Of a stretch of 64,000 nt of DNA, positions 12,295-23,375 are shown one piece after another. The stretch is from Mustelus asterias (lineage: Eukaryota): assembly GCF_964213995.1 (NCBI RefSeq), contig NC_135830.1, positions 4,402,001-4,466,000 on the forward strand. Direction: 5' to 3'. Each line of letters starts with the position of its first letter. Within the stretch, counting starts at the first letter, position 1. A program made the translations under genes and the position numbers. The notes beneath the pieces were generated by a model. It ran no database searches. It was not told where the DNA came from and saw nothing but the letters and a program-made list of their open reading frames with translations.

Positions 12295-13380
12295 TATAGT
12301 TCTGGGTGTTCTCCTAGACCATACATTTCGTTGGAAACCACATATACAAAAAATTAAAACAAAATAATCAAAGAGTATTGAAATTCTGAGTAAAACTAAA
12401 TTTATATTGGATCTGCAGTCATTGTATATTTTGCATTGTTCACTTGAGATGATTCTTCAGAGGTTTGGGGAGACATTATAAAGCATGAATATTTGGGTGA
12501 CATGGTGCACTGTGGTTAGCACTGCTGCCTCTCAGTGCCAGGGACCCAAGTTCAATTCATGGCTTGGGTCAGTGTGTGGAGTCCGCGCATTCTCCCCGTG
12601 TCTGCGTGGATTTCCTCCGGATGCTCCAGTTTCCTCCCGCTGTCCGAAAGACGTGCTGGTTAGGTGCATTGGCCATGCTAAATTCTCCCTCAGTGTCGTC
12701 GAACTGGAGTGTGGTGACGAAGGGATTTTCACAGTAACTTAATTGCAGTGTTAATGTAAGCCGACTTGTGACACTAATAAATAAACTTTAACTTTATTAA
12801 TTCAATCTATATGTTACAGAAAAAAGCCAAATGAATCGTAATAAAGTGAATTTTCAAGAACTTAGCAACAAATTGTTTATAAAATGTCCAGGTTTTGAAG
12901 TTTAGGGAGTCAGTTGAACTGAAAACTGCAATGATTTTGGATGAAGCAAAAGAGGAATCATTGCCTGAAAATTTGCAAAGAAACTGTTGACTTTAAGGGA
13001 TGATGATCATAAATTAAATAGAAAAAAGCAAGTTTAAAAAATGTTATGTTTGTACAACTTTGAAGTCTGTGTATATTTCAGTTTGTGGATGAATGTTTGG
13101 AATGCTTTGGGTGAAGATTTGAAAATATGTGTAAATACAGTTTTAAAACAATGTATAAGCTTCAAATGTTAGTTTATATAAAGTCATGGAATTAAATAAT
13201 GGTATTATCTATGAGTTTAATAGAGATATTATTTGAATAATCAGAACACAATAATGAGAAAATGATGTGACTGGGAACTGGGAATGATGAAGTATTTGAT
13301 CTGTATTTGTGAAAAGGAGTTGAGATTTATAAGTTTGTACTTTTTCCTAGTCCTTTTTGATCAGGTGTTTATTTTATTTC
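12295..13380 (+). mobile_element. AT-rich degenerate LINE 3' region (CR1/L2 group, distinct from the GC-richer CR1s)
   Basis: Broken translation resembling LGVLLD...SWKPHIQKIKTK...ILSKTKFILD..SLYIL..SL...EVWG. Interrupted by a SINE at 12495-12795. Confidence 0.6.
12495..12795 (+). mobile_element. V-SINE variant (HE1-like head and core, GTGACACTAATAAA tail)
   Basis: A/B boxes and V domain, with a tail different from the CR1-tailed copies. Confidence 0.8.
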
Positions 13381-13405
13381 TGAGCAGTGCAATATAGTAT
13401 CTGAG

Positions 13406-13710
13406 TGCAGCACGATGGCACAGTGGTTCGCACTGCTGCCTCACAGCACCAGGGACCCATAGTCAATTCCCAGCTTGGGTCACTGTCTGTGCGGAGTCTG
13501 CACGTTCTCCCCGTGTCTGCGTGGGTTTCCTCCGGGTGCTGTGGTTTCCTCCCATAGTCTGAAAGACGTGCTGGTCAGGTGCATTGGCCATGCTAAATTC
13601 TCCCTCAGAGTCACCAAACAGGCGCTGGGTTGTGGCAACTCAGGGATTTTCACAGTAACTTCATTGCAGTGTTAATGTAAACTGGTTTGTGACACCAGTA
13701 AATAAATATA
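13406..13710 (+). mobile_element. V-SINE variant, second copy
   Basis: Same head, core and tail as 12495-12795. Confidence 0.8.
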
Positions 13711-14588
13711 CTGTTATAGTGTCATGTTCAAAATAAAGAAATCAGTTCAGTGTAACTTAGGTAAGAGGCCCATTAAGTATCCCACAAGAGACCTCATACC
13801 TTTTCTATTTCTTATCTCGACCCAAACCGATCTTTCATCCTGATCTTTCAGGCTAAGGTGGTAGTTCTTACTGAACTAATGTCATCGTTAGTTAATGGCA
13901 GAGATCCTGTCACCTTTTCCTAGCTTCCTGCCATTCCATTATGTCAAATACCCTTCAATATTTAGATCCCAGCCTCGGTCTCCTTTCAACTAAGTCTCTG
14001 TAATGTCTATCTGGACACACACATTTATCTCTATCCGCGCTGACAATTCATCCTTTTTGTTACAAATGCTGTGTGTATTTTCAGAGATTCAATAATCTAA
14101 TAGGGATTTAATGAGAAACCTCTTTACCAGCGAGTGGTGAGAATGTGGAACTCACCACCACAGCGAGTGGTTGAGGTGAACAGGATGAACACATTGAAGG
14201 GGAAGCTCGATACATACATGAGGGAGAGAGGAATAGAAGGATATGCTGATGGGGGGAGATGAAGAGGGGTGGGTGGAGGCTCATGTGGAGCATAAATACT
14301 GACATAGACCAATTGGGCCGACTGGCCTGGCCCTGTGCTGTAGACTCACTGGAACAGAGACTAATGTATTTATTTTAGATCTACCTGTAGTGGTAGGAAA
14401 AACATTATTTATGATCCAGGATTAAATAAACATCCTTCACCAGTTTTTGTGGATCATTTCAGTGGAAATGTGCTCTCCCAGGCTCAAAGAGCATCAGCCC
14501 ACTGGAAACAAAGTCATGAGACCGGCCAGTCCAGCAGAAAGAAACCCTCCGACCCTCCCACTTCACTAACTGTCAGAATGAACGTGGT

Positions 14589-15557
14589 TCAGTCCTGGGT
14601 GTGATTAACAGCAGAATCCAATGCTTGTAATCGTTTGTGAATTCGCTGGTGTCTCAGCAGGTGGGATGATCGTGTGAATCCCTTTCCACATTCAGTGCAG
14701 GTAAACGGTCGCTCCTCAGTGTGAAGTCGCTGGTGGGTCAGCAGGTTAGATAATCGACTGAATCCCTTCTGACACACAAAGCAGTTAAATGGCCTCTCCC
14801 CAGTGTGAACTCGCTGGTGTGAAATCAGGTTGGACGAATTACTGAAGCCCTTGCCGCACACTGAGCAGGTGAACGGCCTCTCCCCGGTGTGGACTCGCTG
14901 GTGTGTCTGCAGGCTGGATGCCTGACTAAATCCCTTCCCACACAGAAAGCAGGTGAATGGCTTCTCCCCAGTATGAGTTCGCTGGTGTGAAAACAGGTTG
15001 GATGAATCACTGAATCCTTTACCACACTCAAAGCAGGTGAAGGAAGCCTCCCCAGTGTGAAGTTGCTGGTGTCTCAGCAGGTTGGCGGAGTTAGTAAATA
15101 CCTTCCCACACACAGAGCAGGGAAACGGCCTCTCTCCGGTGTGAACTCGCTGGTGTGAATACAGGTTAGATGACTGAGCAAATCCTTTACCACACACGGA
15201 GCAGATAAACGGCCTCTCCCCAGTGTGAACTCTCTGGTGCGTCTGCAGGGTGGATGAATCACTGAATCCCTTCTCACACACGGGGCAAGTGAATGGCCTC
15301 TCTCCATTGTGAACTCGCTGGTGTATCAGCAAGTGTGATGACTGAGTGAATCCCTTCCCACAATCAGAGCAGGTGAATGGCCTCTCCCCGGTGTGAACTC
15401 GCTGGTGTGTCAGCAAGATCGATAACCGAGTGAACCCTTTCCCACAATTGGAGCAGGTGAATGGCCTCTCCCCAGTGTGACTGCGTCGATGAATTTCCAG
15501 CACCGATGGGGAACGGAATGACTTTTCACAGTCCCCACATTTCCATGGTTTTTCCAT
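14589..15557 (-). CDS. Tandem C2H2 zinc-finger protein C (11 fingers, 322 aa, no KRAB)
   Basis: Open frame from the family-conserved [10 protein letters not shown] start. The usual stop after the last finger is CGA here, giving a short C-terminal extension. Confidence 0.85.
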   Translation of the reverse strand: MEKPWKCGDCEKSFRSPSVLEIHRRSHTGERPFTCSNCGKGFTRLSILLTHQRVHTGERPFTCSDCGKGFTQSSHLLIHQRVHNGERPFTCPVCEKGFSDSSTLQTHQRVHTGERPFICSVCGKGFAQSSNLYSHQRVHTGERPFPCSVCGKVFTNSANLLRHQQLHTGEASFTCFECGKGFSDSSNLFSHQRTHTGEKPFTCFLCGKGFSQASSLQTHQRVHTGERPFTCSVCGKGFSNSSNLISHQRVHTGERPFNCFVCQKGFSRLSNLLTHQRLHTEERPFTCTECGKGFTRSSHLLRHQRIHKRLQALDSAVNHTQD

Positions 15558-15603
15558 GATCTGAGTGTCTTTCTGTCTCTCCTGCACTTTTCACAATACG
15601 TGC

Positions 15604-15789
15604 ACTGGAACACTGTCACTCGGGACTGGAACACTGTCACTCGGGACTGGAACACTGTCACTCGGGACTGGAACACCGTCACTCGGGACTGGAACACTGT
15701 CACTCGGGACTGGAACACTGTCACTCGGGACTGGAACACTGTCACTCGGGACTGGAACACTGTCACTCGGGACTGGAACACTGTCACTC
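15604..15789. repeat. 21-bp minisatellite (ACTGGAACACTGTCACTCGGG) x ~8.9
   Basis: Direct inspection; one substitution in one copy. Confidence 0.97.
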
Positions 15790-16229
15790 AGGTTGCACGG
15801 GCCTTGATGCTTTTCTGTTCACACCAATGATTCAAGCCAATTCAAACAGACAAACGTTTCTTCTCCCAGATTCAAACCGATGACATTCAGCTCCCATGAA
15901 TTGAGTGACTGTTAGATCTTGACATTTCTATCAGCAAATCATCCCCTTCTAATATCCTGTAAAAAGAATTTACAAAAGTCATCATTGTCAGAACAAGATA
16001 GAAATTCAGAACAGACATTTCTAGTTCGTGTGGAACATTGCAAAGGATGTCAATGTCTTTAAGAGAGAGAGAGACCTGGGCCAACCTTTCCAGAGTCTGC
16101 AGCCTCCCTGGATTCACTTCCTTTCCCTTCAGTTGCTGCAAGTCCCCAATTTCCCCCAGAATGAGAAAAGAAATGGAAAGGGGGAAACATTGATTTCCTC
16201 CCAGATGTTGCCCAGAGGAGGAAGTTTCA

Positions 16230-16680
16230 CTGAGTCTGAATCTGAATCAATCGAGCTTCCGCATTGTGACCTCCACAATGGAGCCTGCCTGAATGAGCCA
16301 ATAAGAATCAGTCTCTTCCGCAATGACGTCATGGGGTTCCAGTGCGCAGGCGCGGGCGCGCGGACACGGAAGCCCCGCCCCCTCCCATTGCTTCCCCCCT
16401 CCCCCTGAACTTCCACCAGCCAAGGTTTCCCGGCAACCGGCTGACGGCTCCGGCCAGAGCGAGAAGCCGCTCGGTGATCTCCTCCCCCCCGCCCCCCCGC
16501 CGGAACAGGACTGCGCATGTCCAAGGGAGAGGGGAAACTGCGCATGAGCGGGGTAGCCCGCCTCCTGACCTTCATGCTGGGGTGTTGACCAATGGGAAGA
16601 CTTGGAGGACCGGAAAGACTCTGGTCCTCCAGCCAATCAGGTCTTTGTGACACTCAGATTGAGCTGCAGAACAGGCTGAA
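16230..16680. promoter_or_regulatory. Bidirectional CpG-rich promoter between ZNF C (-) and ZNF D (+)
   Basis: CCAAT boxes (16298, 16589, 16633), GC boxes, TGACGTCA, TGCGCATG and CGGAAG motifs. Divergent copies of the AAACTTCCTCCT...CAACATCT exon-1 motif on both sides. Confidence 0.7.
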
Positions 16681-16853
16681 ACTTCCTCCTGTCGGAAGGG
16701 AGTTATTTTGATGACATGGATTACTCAAGCTTCATATCCCAGATGAAGCGAGGTACCTAAGTATGTTTTATTCTCCAAACAAGCGGTCAGATGACATCGA
16801 ACTCTGGCGGATAACTAATTTATCACTGATTTCCTTAAAAGAGGCCAACATCT

Positions 16854-16975
16854 AGCTCTTTCCTTTGTACTTTGATTTCTGTTCGGGCTGTTCCCCCTCC
16901 TTTTTGGGGAGCTGCCCCTTTTACTTTGTCCTGATTTAATCTGAGTTTGTTTATTTGGTTTGACCTGAAAAGAGG
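16854..16975 (+). mobile_element. Tx1 3'-end fragment in ZNF exon 1
   Basis: Near-identical to 20250-20365 and flanked by target copies CCAACATC. Confidence 0.85.
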
Positions 16976-17099
16976 CCAACATCCGTGAGTTGCAGAGCTT
17001 GCTCACTGGAGACGCCCGTTTTTGTTGAGAGCCATTGCTGTTTCTGCCAAAGTGCTCGAGTTCCAGCCAGAAGGAAGGAAGGCAGGAGGAGGAGGAGTC

Positions 17100-17228
17100 G
17101 CCTTTGCCTGCTTGCCGTCCGGCCTGTCTGCCTGCCGTCCGGCCTGTCTGCCTGCCGTCCGGCCTGTCTGCCTGCCGTCCGGCCTGCCTGCCTGCCTGCC
17201 GTCTGGCCTGCCTGCCTGCCGTCCGGCT
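17100..17228. repeat. 20-bp/(GCCT)n tandem repeat in Tx1 5' UTR
   Basis: GCCTGTCTGCCTGCCGTCCG units. Confidence 0.9.
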
Positions 17229-17844
17229 ACTGGAGGGTGCTCTCTCCCTGGAGGGAGAGAGGGAGAGGAGACACAGAGAGAGTTTCTCTTTGTTGTTTTT
17301 TTCCATCTACAGGAGGGAGGACAGCGCGACTTAAACATATCAACATCTAGGGACTGAGTGGTTGGGCTGGTGCCCTCATCATCAGAAGGTCGGTGCCTGA
17401 AAGGGAGGGAGGGGGAAGAATATTAAGACTGATTTCCATCTACGGGGGGGGGGGGGGGGGGGGTGTGAAGACACTCTGGACTTGAACTGTTGTGCCCAAG
17501 AGGGCTGAAGGAGCAAAGTCCCCCTACCCACTGCTGCTGCCCCCAACACCGGCACCGCCTCCCTTCTGACTGGGGCACCGGCTCTCCTCAGTGCCCTGAC
17601 CCTTGTCCTCCCTCCTGCTCCTCCAACCTCCTCTAGCTCCAGGGAGTGAGCACCTGAACCCCCACCCACCTACCCCACCCTCCCTTATTTCCCTCTCTGA
17701 CCCCGCCTTGCCACCTGGGCAGAGAGGCCCATTATCTATTCCTCCCTACTACCCGACACCTCTATCCCTTCCCATGGACACACATATACGCCCTGCCGTG
17801 CATCCGGGCAGCCTCAGAGTGGATGTAGCACTCGTCAAGCAACC

Positions 17845-18528
17845 ATGGCGACCTCGCCAGCGTCGCCGGTGGCAGGGCCTTCTCGGCCCACCTATGCGGG
17901 TGTGGTGGCGGCCGGAGCCCCCGCCGCTCCCAAGGCCCTGCCGCCATTCTCCCTAATCACGCGGCAGCTCGGGGTGAAGTGCTACGCCCACCCCGACATG
18001 TCTATCGAGGCCTGCGTCAAGGCAATGGCTGGGGTTGTCGGCCCCTCAGCCATTGTCGTGGCCTCCAAGATGTACGGCCGGGCCGTATTTTTCCTGAAGG
18101 CCGAGCGGGCGGTCCACCTCGCCCTGGAGAGGGGGCTCACGGTGGGCGGGACGTTCCTGGCGGTGGACCCTTTGGAGGCGACCGCTCATAAGATCATCAT
18201 CTCGAACGTCCCGCCCTTCCTACCGAGTGAGCTCCTCCTCCCCCACCTCCATCTACTGGGGGAGGTCAGGTCCGGGGTGCAGCCGATCCCGCTCGGCCTT
18301 AGGGACCCCTCCCTCCGACACGTTTACTCCTTCCGGCGCCAGGTATTTGTCCGCCTGGCCCGGGAGGAGGTCCTGGAGGGAGGTTTTGGCATCCCCTTCG
18401 AGGGAGTCACCTACCCGGTCTTCTGGTCCGCGGACGGTGTGCGGTGCCATGCCTGTAAGGAGGCGGGGCACTTTAAAAAGAACTGCCCCGTCTCCAAGGC
18501 CGCCGACCACCAACCCAATGGGGGGTAG
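17845..18528 (+). CDS. Tx1 ORF1 (gag-like, CCHC knuckle), truncated by the internal deletion
   Basis: ASKMYGRAVFFL, KIIISNVPPFL, HVYSFRRQVFV, CHACKEAGHFKKNC. Confidence 0.8.
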   Translation: MATSPASPVAGPSRPTYAGVVAAGAPAAPKALPPFSLITRQLGVKCYAHPDMSIEACVKAMAGVVGPSAIVVASKMYGRAVFFLKAERAVHLALERGLTVGGTFLAVDPLEATAHKIIISNVPPFLPSELLLPHLHLLGEVRSGVQPIPLGLRDPSLRHVYSFRRQVFVRLAREEVLEGGFGIPFEGVTYPVFWSADGVRCHACKEAGHFKKNCPVSKAADHQPNGG

Positions 18529-21500
18529 GCGACCCCAAGCCAGCACAACCGACACCTCCCGGGGACCCCCTACCGGAGGAGCTCAGGCCTTTCACCTGGA
18601 GCAGGACCGACCTCCTCTACTTGGGGGCCCATCTCTGCCCAGCCGAGGAATCCTGGCCGGTGAACTGGCGGGAGCTGGAGGCCAAAGTCTCCGCCCGCCT
18701 GAATCGCTGGACAGGACTGCTCCGAGTGCTGTCCTACGGGGCGCGAGCTCGCGTCATAAACCAGCTGGTCGCCTCCATGCTGTGGTACCGGCTGGTCCCT
18801 TTGACCCCTCCCCCTGGCTTTGTCACCGATATCCAGAGTACCCTCGTGCGGTTCTTCTGGGGCAATCGACTGCACTGGGTCCCTGCTGCGGTCCTGTATC
18901 TCCCGCTTGAGGAGGGCGGACAAGGTCTGGTGTGCCTTCGCACTCAGATAGCGACCTTCCGCCTCCAGGCCCTGCAGAGGTACCTTTACGTTGAGCCCCC
19001 TCCACGATGGTGTGCCATGGCGACGTATTTCTTCCGCCAGTGGCACGGCCTCAATTATGACGTGCAGCTCCTGCATATCGAACTGGGGCGTGCTTCGACC
19101 GCCCTGCAGGAGTTGCCCGTCTTTTACCAGGACCTCCTCACTGTCTGGAACAAGGTCGCCTCGTGACGCAGCTCTCCCCCGTCAGGAGTAGCTCCTCGTG
19201 CGAGAGCCGCTGCTGAGGAATCCGCTCCTCCAGCCGTATGACTTCAGGTGGCTGGCGGAGAGGGGGGCTGTGGACGCCGGGGTGACCAGAATCGGGGACG
19301 TGCTCGATGGCGGAGGAGCGGGCTGGATGAGTCCCCGCGTGCTGGCTGAGCGCGTGGGGACGACCGTCCGGCGCGCGGCCAAAGCCATCCTAGACCTTAG
19401 GACGGCCGTGCTCGGCCCCGAAACTGCACGCAAACCCAAGGCAGCGCAGGCGTGCGGTGGGACCCCGCCCGAGCATTCCCCTGCTCGGACAGAATTCCAC
19501 ATTGGCCCAAAACCTCAACCCCCCCACCCTGGGTGAGGTGCCCCACAGCCTGAGCCGCCTCGCGGAAATGTCCTCCGTGCCTTTTTCTACCGCGCGGAGG
19601 CGTCTCCTGTGCGGGCTGCTGCTGCACACCTTCCACTACCGCCTCCTCGCCTGTCGCCCGGATACACCTTGGCGGGCCTTGTTGCCGCCGGGCGGCGGAG
19701 GTCCCCGCTGGAGGTCCCTCTACGGAGGGATCTCCCCCAATTACGTCGGGGACCTGGGGTGGAGGGTGATGCATGCAGCAGTTCCGCACAAACGTAGGAT
19801 TCACTGGTTCACGGGCTCCGAAGACTGCCCTTTCTGTGGCCTTGTGGAGTCCGTGGACCATGTCTATGTTTTGTGTCTTAGGCTGCACTCCCTTTATGTT
19901 TTCCTAAAGAACCTTTTATTGATGTTTTGTTTGCACTTCAGTCCCACGCTCCTGATCTACAGACACCCGGTGCGGAGAGGTGAGGGTCGGGATGGCGACC
20001 TCCTCGTGAACCTGCTCCTGGGCCTGGCGAAACGCGCCATTTACCGGTCCAGGCAGCGGGCGATCGAGGGGGCCGTCCATCCTGACTGTCTGCCCCTCTA
20101 CCGCGGCTACGTTCGCGGCCAGGTGTCCCTGGAGAGGGAGCATGCGGTGTCCACGGGCGAGGTTGACGCCTTCCGCGCCCGTTGGGCACCGCAGGGGTTG
20201 GGGTGCGTTATCGACCCTGATAATCACATTATGATTTGATGTTCTTAAGTTTCCTTTGTACTTTGATTTTTGTTCGGGCTGTTCCCCCTCCTTTTGGGGA
20301 GCTGCCCCTTTTACTTTGTCCTGATTTAACTTGAGTTTGTTTATTTGGTTTGACCTAAAAAGAGGCCAACATTCGTGAGTAAAACACTTTCTTTTCTCCC
20401 CCTTTCCATTTCTTTTCTCATTCTGGGGGAAATTGGGGACTTGCAGCAACTGAAGGGAAAGGAAGTGAATCCAGGGAGGCTGCAGACTCTGGAAAGGTTG
20501 GCCCAGGTCTCTCTCTCTCTCTTAAAGACATTGACATCCTTTGCTCCCTCAGCTTGACACATTTATTTGTCTGGCTGAAAAGGATGGTCTCATTCCTAAT
20601 CTTCACAATTAAAGGGGTGGTTTCCATCAGGAGATGGCTGACATTTAAAGGGACACTAATATAGGACAGAGATATGATTAAGTATATTTATAATTATATC
20701 TCGCTGTGTAACATAGTACTGTTGCTATGTTATATATTTCCAGTCACCTCTTCACACACAGTTGTTAGTCTTGGATTTCTCTTCCACAGGGATCAGTGGA
20801 GGCTGAGGGTCATTGAATATATTCCAGGGTCAGTTGGACTGATTTTTGATTCATAAAGGAGTCCAACGTTATGGGGAACAGGTCGGAGAATGCAGATAAA
20901 GTTAAGGTGAGGGGGGATTTCCTCACGCAAGGATGTGGTAAGGTTTTGGAATTCTGCATCCCAGAGGACTGTGGAGCCTCAGCCATGTAGAATTTTCAAG
21001 CTGGAGATTGATAAGTTTTGAGATATTGAAGACATTGAACGACGTGGGGGATAGCGTGGGAAATAGCGCTGAGGTAGATCGGCCAATTCTCAATGAATGG
21101 TTGAGGCAGTTCGATGGGCTGAATGGCCGACTGCAGCTCCTACTTGTTATGGTCCCTGTGTCCAGGACAGGAAGCAGTGAGCATAGATCTGTCAATCAGC
21201 CTCAATCAGCACCTTCAGGAGAATTGGGAGGGTGAATATTAGATACAGCAGAGTGAGAATGGAGGGAGAGTGAGTGGGATGGAGATTCACAGCTTTTGGG
21301 GAATGAGAGGAAAGAATGTTCCATAGAAACTAGAATTGTCTGTTCTGAATTTTTATCCTGTACTGACACTGATGACTTATGTAAATTTCTTTTACAGGAT
21401 ATTGAAAAAAGAATCACAGGCAGGAATCTCAAATGTCACATCTCGATCTGACAGAGTCATATTCCTTGGGACCTGAATATCATTGGCCTTTGAATCTAGA

Positions 21501-21744
21501 AGTAGTATTGGCCGATCTGTTGTTTTGAAAAGATTTCAAACATCAGTGTGAGTGGAAAAGCACCAACACACTGCCACACTCGAGTGAGTGTGTTCCAATG
21601 CACTGACTAAAGAGCTTTAACCAGTTACACAGCCTGAATAAATATCACATCATTCACAGCGGGGAGAGACTGTACTCGTGTTGTGTGTGTGGACGAGGCT
21701 TCAACTGATTGTCCACCCAAGAGAGAGCCAAGGACACCTGTGAC

Positions 21745-22815
21745 ATGGAGAAACCATGGAAATGTGGGGACTGTGGGAAGAGATATAAAGTTCCATCTCG
21801 GCTGGAAATTCATCGACGCAGTCACACTGGGGAGAGACCGTTCATCTGCTCTCAGTGTGGGAGGGGATTCACTTGGTTATCCACCCTGCAAAGACACCAG
21901 CGAGTTCACACTGGGGAGAGGCCATTCACCTGCTCTCTGTGTGGGAAGGGATTCACTCAGTCATCCGGTCTGCGGGCACACCAGCGAGTTCACACTGGAG
22001 AGAGGCCATTCACCTGCACCCTGTGTGGGAAGGGTTTCATTCAGTCATCCCACCTACTGAATCACAAAGCCACTCACACCAATGAGAGACGCTTTAAATG
22101 CTCTGATTGTGGGAGTGGCTTCAAAACCTCTGGTGAACTGGTGTTCCACCAGCGCATTCACACTGAGGAGAGACCGTTCAGTTGCTCTCACTGCACAAAG
22201 AGGTTTAGAAGGTCATCCCACCTGCAGACACACCAGCGAGTTCACACCGGGGAGAGGCCGTTCACCTGCACCGTATGTGGGAAGGGGTTCACACAGTTAT
22301 CCAGCCTGTGGGCACACCAGCAAGTTCACACTGGGGAGAGGCCATTTACCTGCTCTGTGTGTGGGAAGGGATTCACTCTGTCATCGAACCTGCTGAAACA
22401 CAAAGTCACTCACACCCAGGAGAGACCCTTTAAATGCCCTGACTGTGGGAGCGGATTCAAACGTGCTTCGGATCTGAGGGACCACGAGCGAGTTCACACT
22501 GGGGAGAGACCGTTCAGCTGCTCTGTGTGTGGGAAGAGATTCACTCAGTTATCCCACCTATTGAATCATAAAATCACTCACAGCAATGAGAGACCCTTTG
22601 AATGTTCTGACTGTGGGGGTGGCTTCAAAAGCTCTCAGGATCTGATGTCCCACCAGCGCACTCACACTGAGGAGAGACCATTCAGCTGCTCTCTTTGTGC
22701 AAAGAGGTTTAAATGGTCATCCGCACTGCGGAGACACCAGCGAGTTCACACTGGGGAGAGACATTCCCCTGCTCTGTGTGTGGAAAGGGATTCACTCAGT
22801 TATCCAACCTGCTGA
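21745..22815 (+). CDS. Tandem C2H2 zinc-finger protein D (12 fingers, 13th frameshifted; 356 aa)
   Basis: [10 protein letters not shown] start, acceptor TTTTACAG at ~21397, conserved family 3' UTR. Confidence 0.85.
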   Translation: MEKPWKCGDCGKRYKVPSRLEIHRRSHTGERPFICSQCGRGFTWLSTLQRHQRVHTGERPFTCSLCGKGFTQSSGLRAHQRVHTGERPFTCTLCGKGFIQSSHLLNHKATHTNERRFKCSDCGSGFKTSGELVFHQRIHTEERPFSCSHCTKRFRRSSHLQTHQRVHTGERPFTCTVCGKGFTQLSSLWAHQQVHTGERPFTCSVCGKGFTLSSNLLKHKVTHTQERPFKCPDCGSGFKRASDLRDHERVHTGERPFSCSVCGKRFTQLSHLLNHKITHSNERPFECSDCGGGFKSSQDLMSHQRTHTEERPFSCSLCAKRFKWSSALRRHQRVHTGERHSPALCVERDSLSYPTC

Positions 22816-23094
22816 AACACCAGCGGGTTCACAAGTGATGACAGGGGTTGGATGCTGCTGTTCTTGCTGCTGTTAATCACATCACCATGTTCGTTCTGAC
22901 AGTTGGTGAAGTGGGAGGGTCGGAGGGTTTCTTTCTGCTGGACTGGGCGTCTCACGGCTTTGCTTCCAGTGGGCTGATGCTCTTTGAGCCTGGGAGAGCA
23001 CATTTCCACTGAAATGACCCACAAAAACTGCTGAAAGACAATTACTTTATCCTGGATAGAAAATAGTGATTTTCACCACTGCAGGTAAACCTAA

Positions 23095-23375
23095 AATTAA
23101 TACAGAAAGAACTGGAAAAGCGCAGCAGCTCTGGCAGCATCTGTGGAGAGGGACACAGAGTTAATGTTTCACGTCCAATGTAACTCTACTTCAGAACTAA
23201 AGAGAGGGAGAAATGTGATGGGTTTGATGCTGGTGAGAAAGGGGGGAGGGGCAGGTAGAACTAAAGGGAAAGTCAGGGATTGGCTAGAGGACGGGCGAGA
23301 TTAAATGTCGAAAATGTTCTGGAACAAAAGGCAAAGGGGGAGGTAATGGTTGTTGGAAAGAAACAAAGCAATTTT
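23095..23375 (-). mobile_element. Penelope 3' fragment with degenerate hammerhead
   Basis: Reverse complement of ~58790-59070, which is attached to a GIY-YIG remnant. Confidence 0.7.

Larger units (their letters stand above)
16991..20365 (+). mobile_element. Tx1-clade non-LTR retrotransposon with large internal deletion
   Basis: 5' UTR, ORF1 with Zn knuckle, ORF2 C-terminal part (LLYLGAHL...WTGLLRVLSY..R..VINQLVASMLWY; GDLGWRVMH...CPFCGLVESVDHVYVLC). 15-bp TSD CCAACAT(C/T)CGTGAGT at 16976-16990 and 20366-20380. Confidence 0.9.

Noticed and set aside
15604-15789. CRISPR-like array
   Set aside because: Head-to-tail 21-bp units with no spacers, in a vertebrate context; it is a minisatellite.
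22978-22991. Histone-type stem-loop or SECIS in the ZNF 3' UTR allowing TGA recoding
   Set aside because: GCTCTTTGAGC lacks the 6-bp stem/4-nt loop histone consensus and no SECIS quartet geometry is evident. The TGA-containing leader fingers also carry frameshifts.
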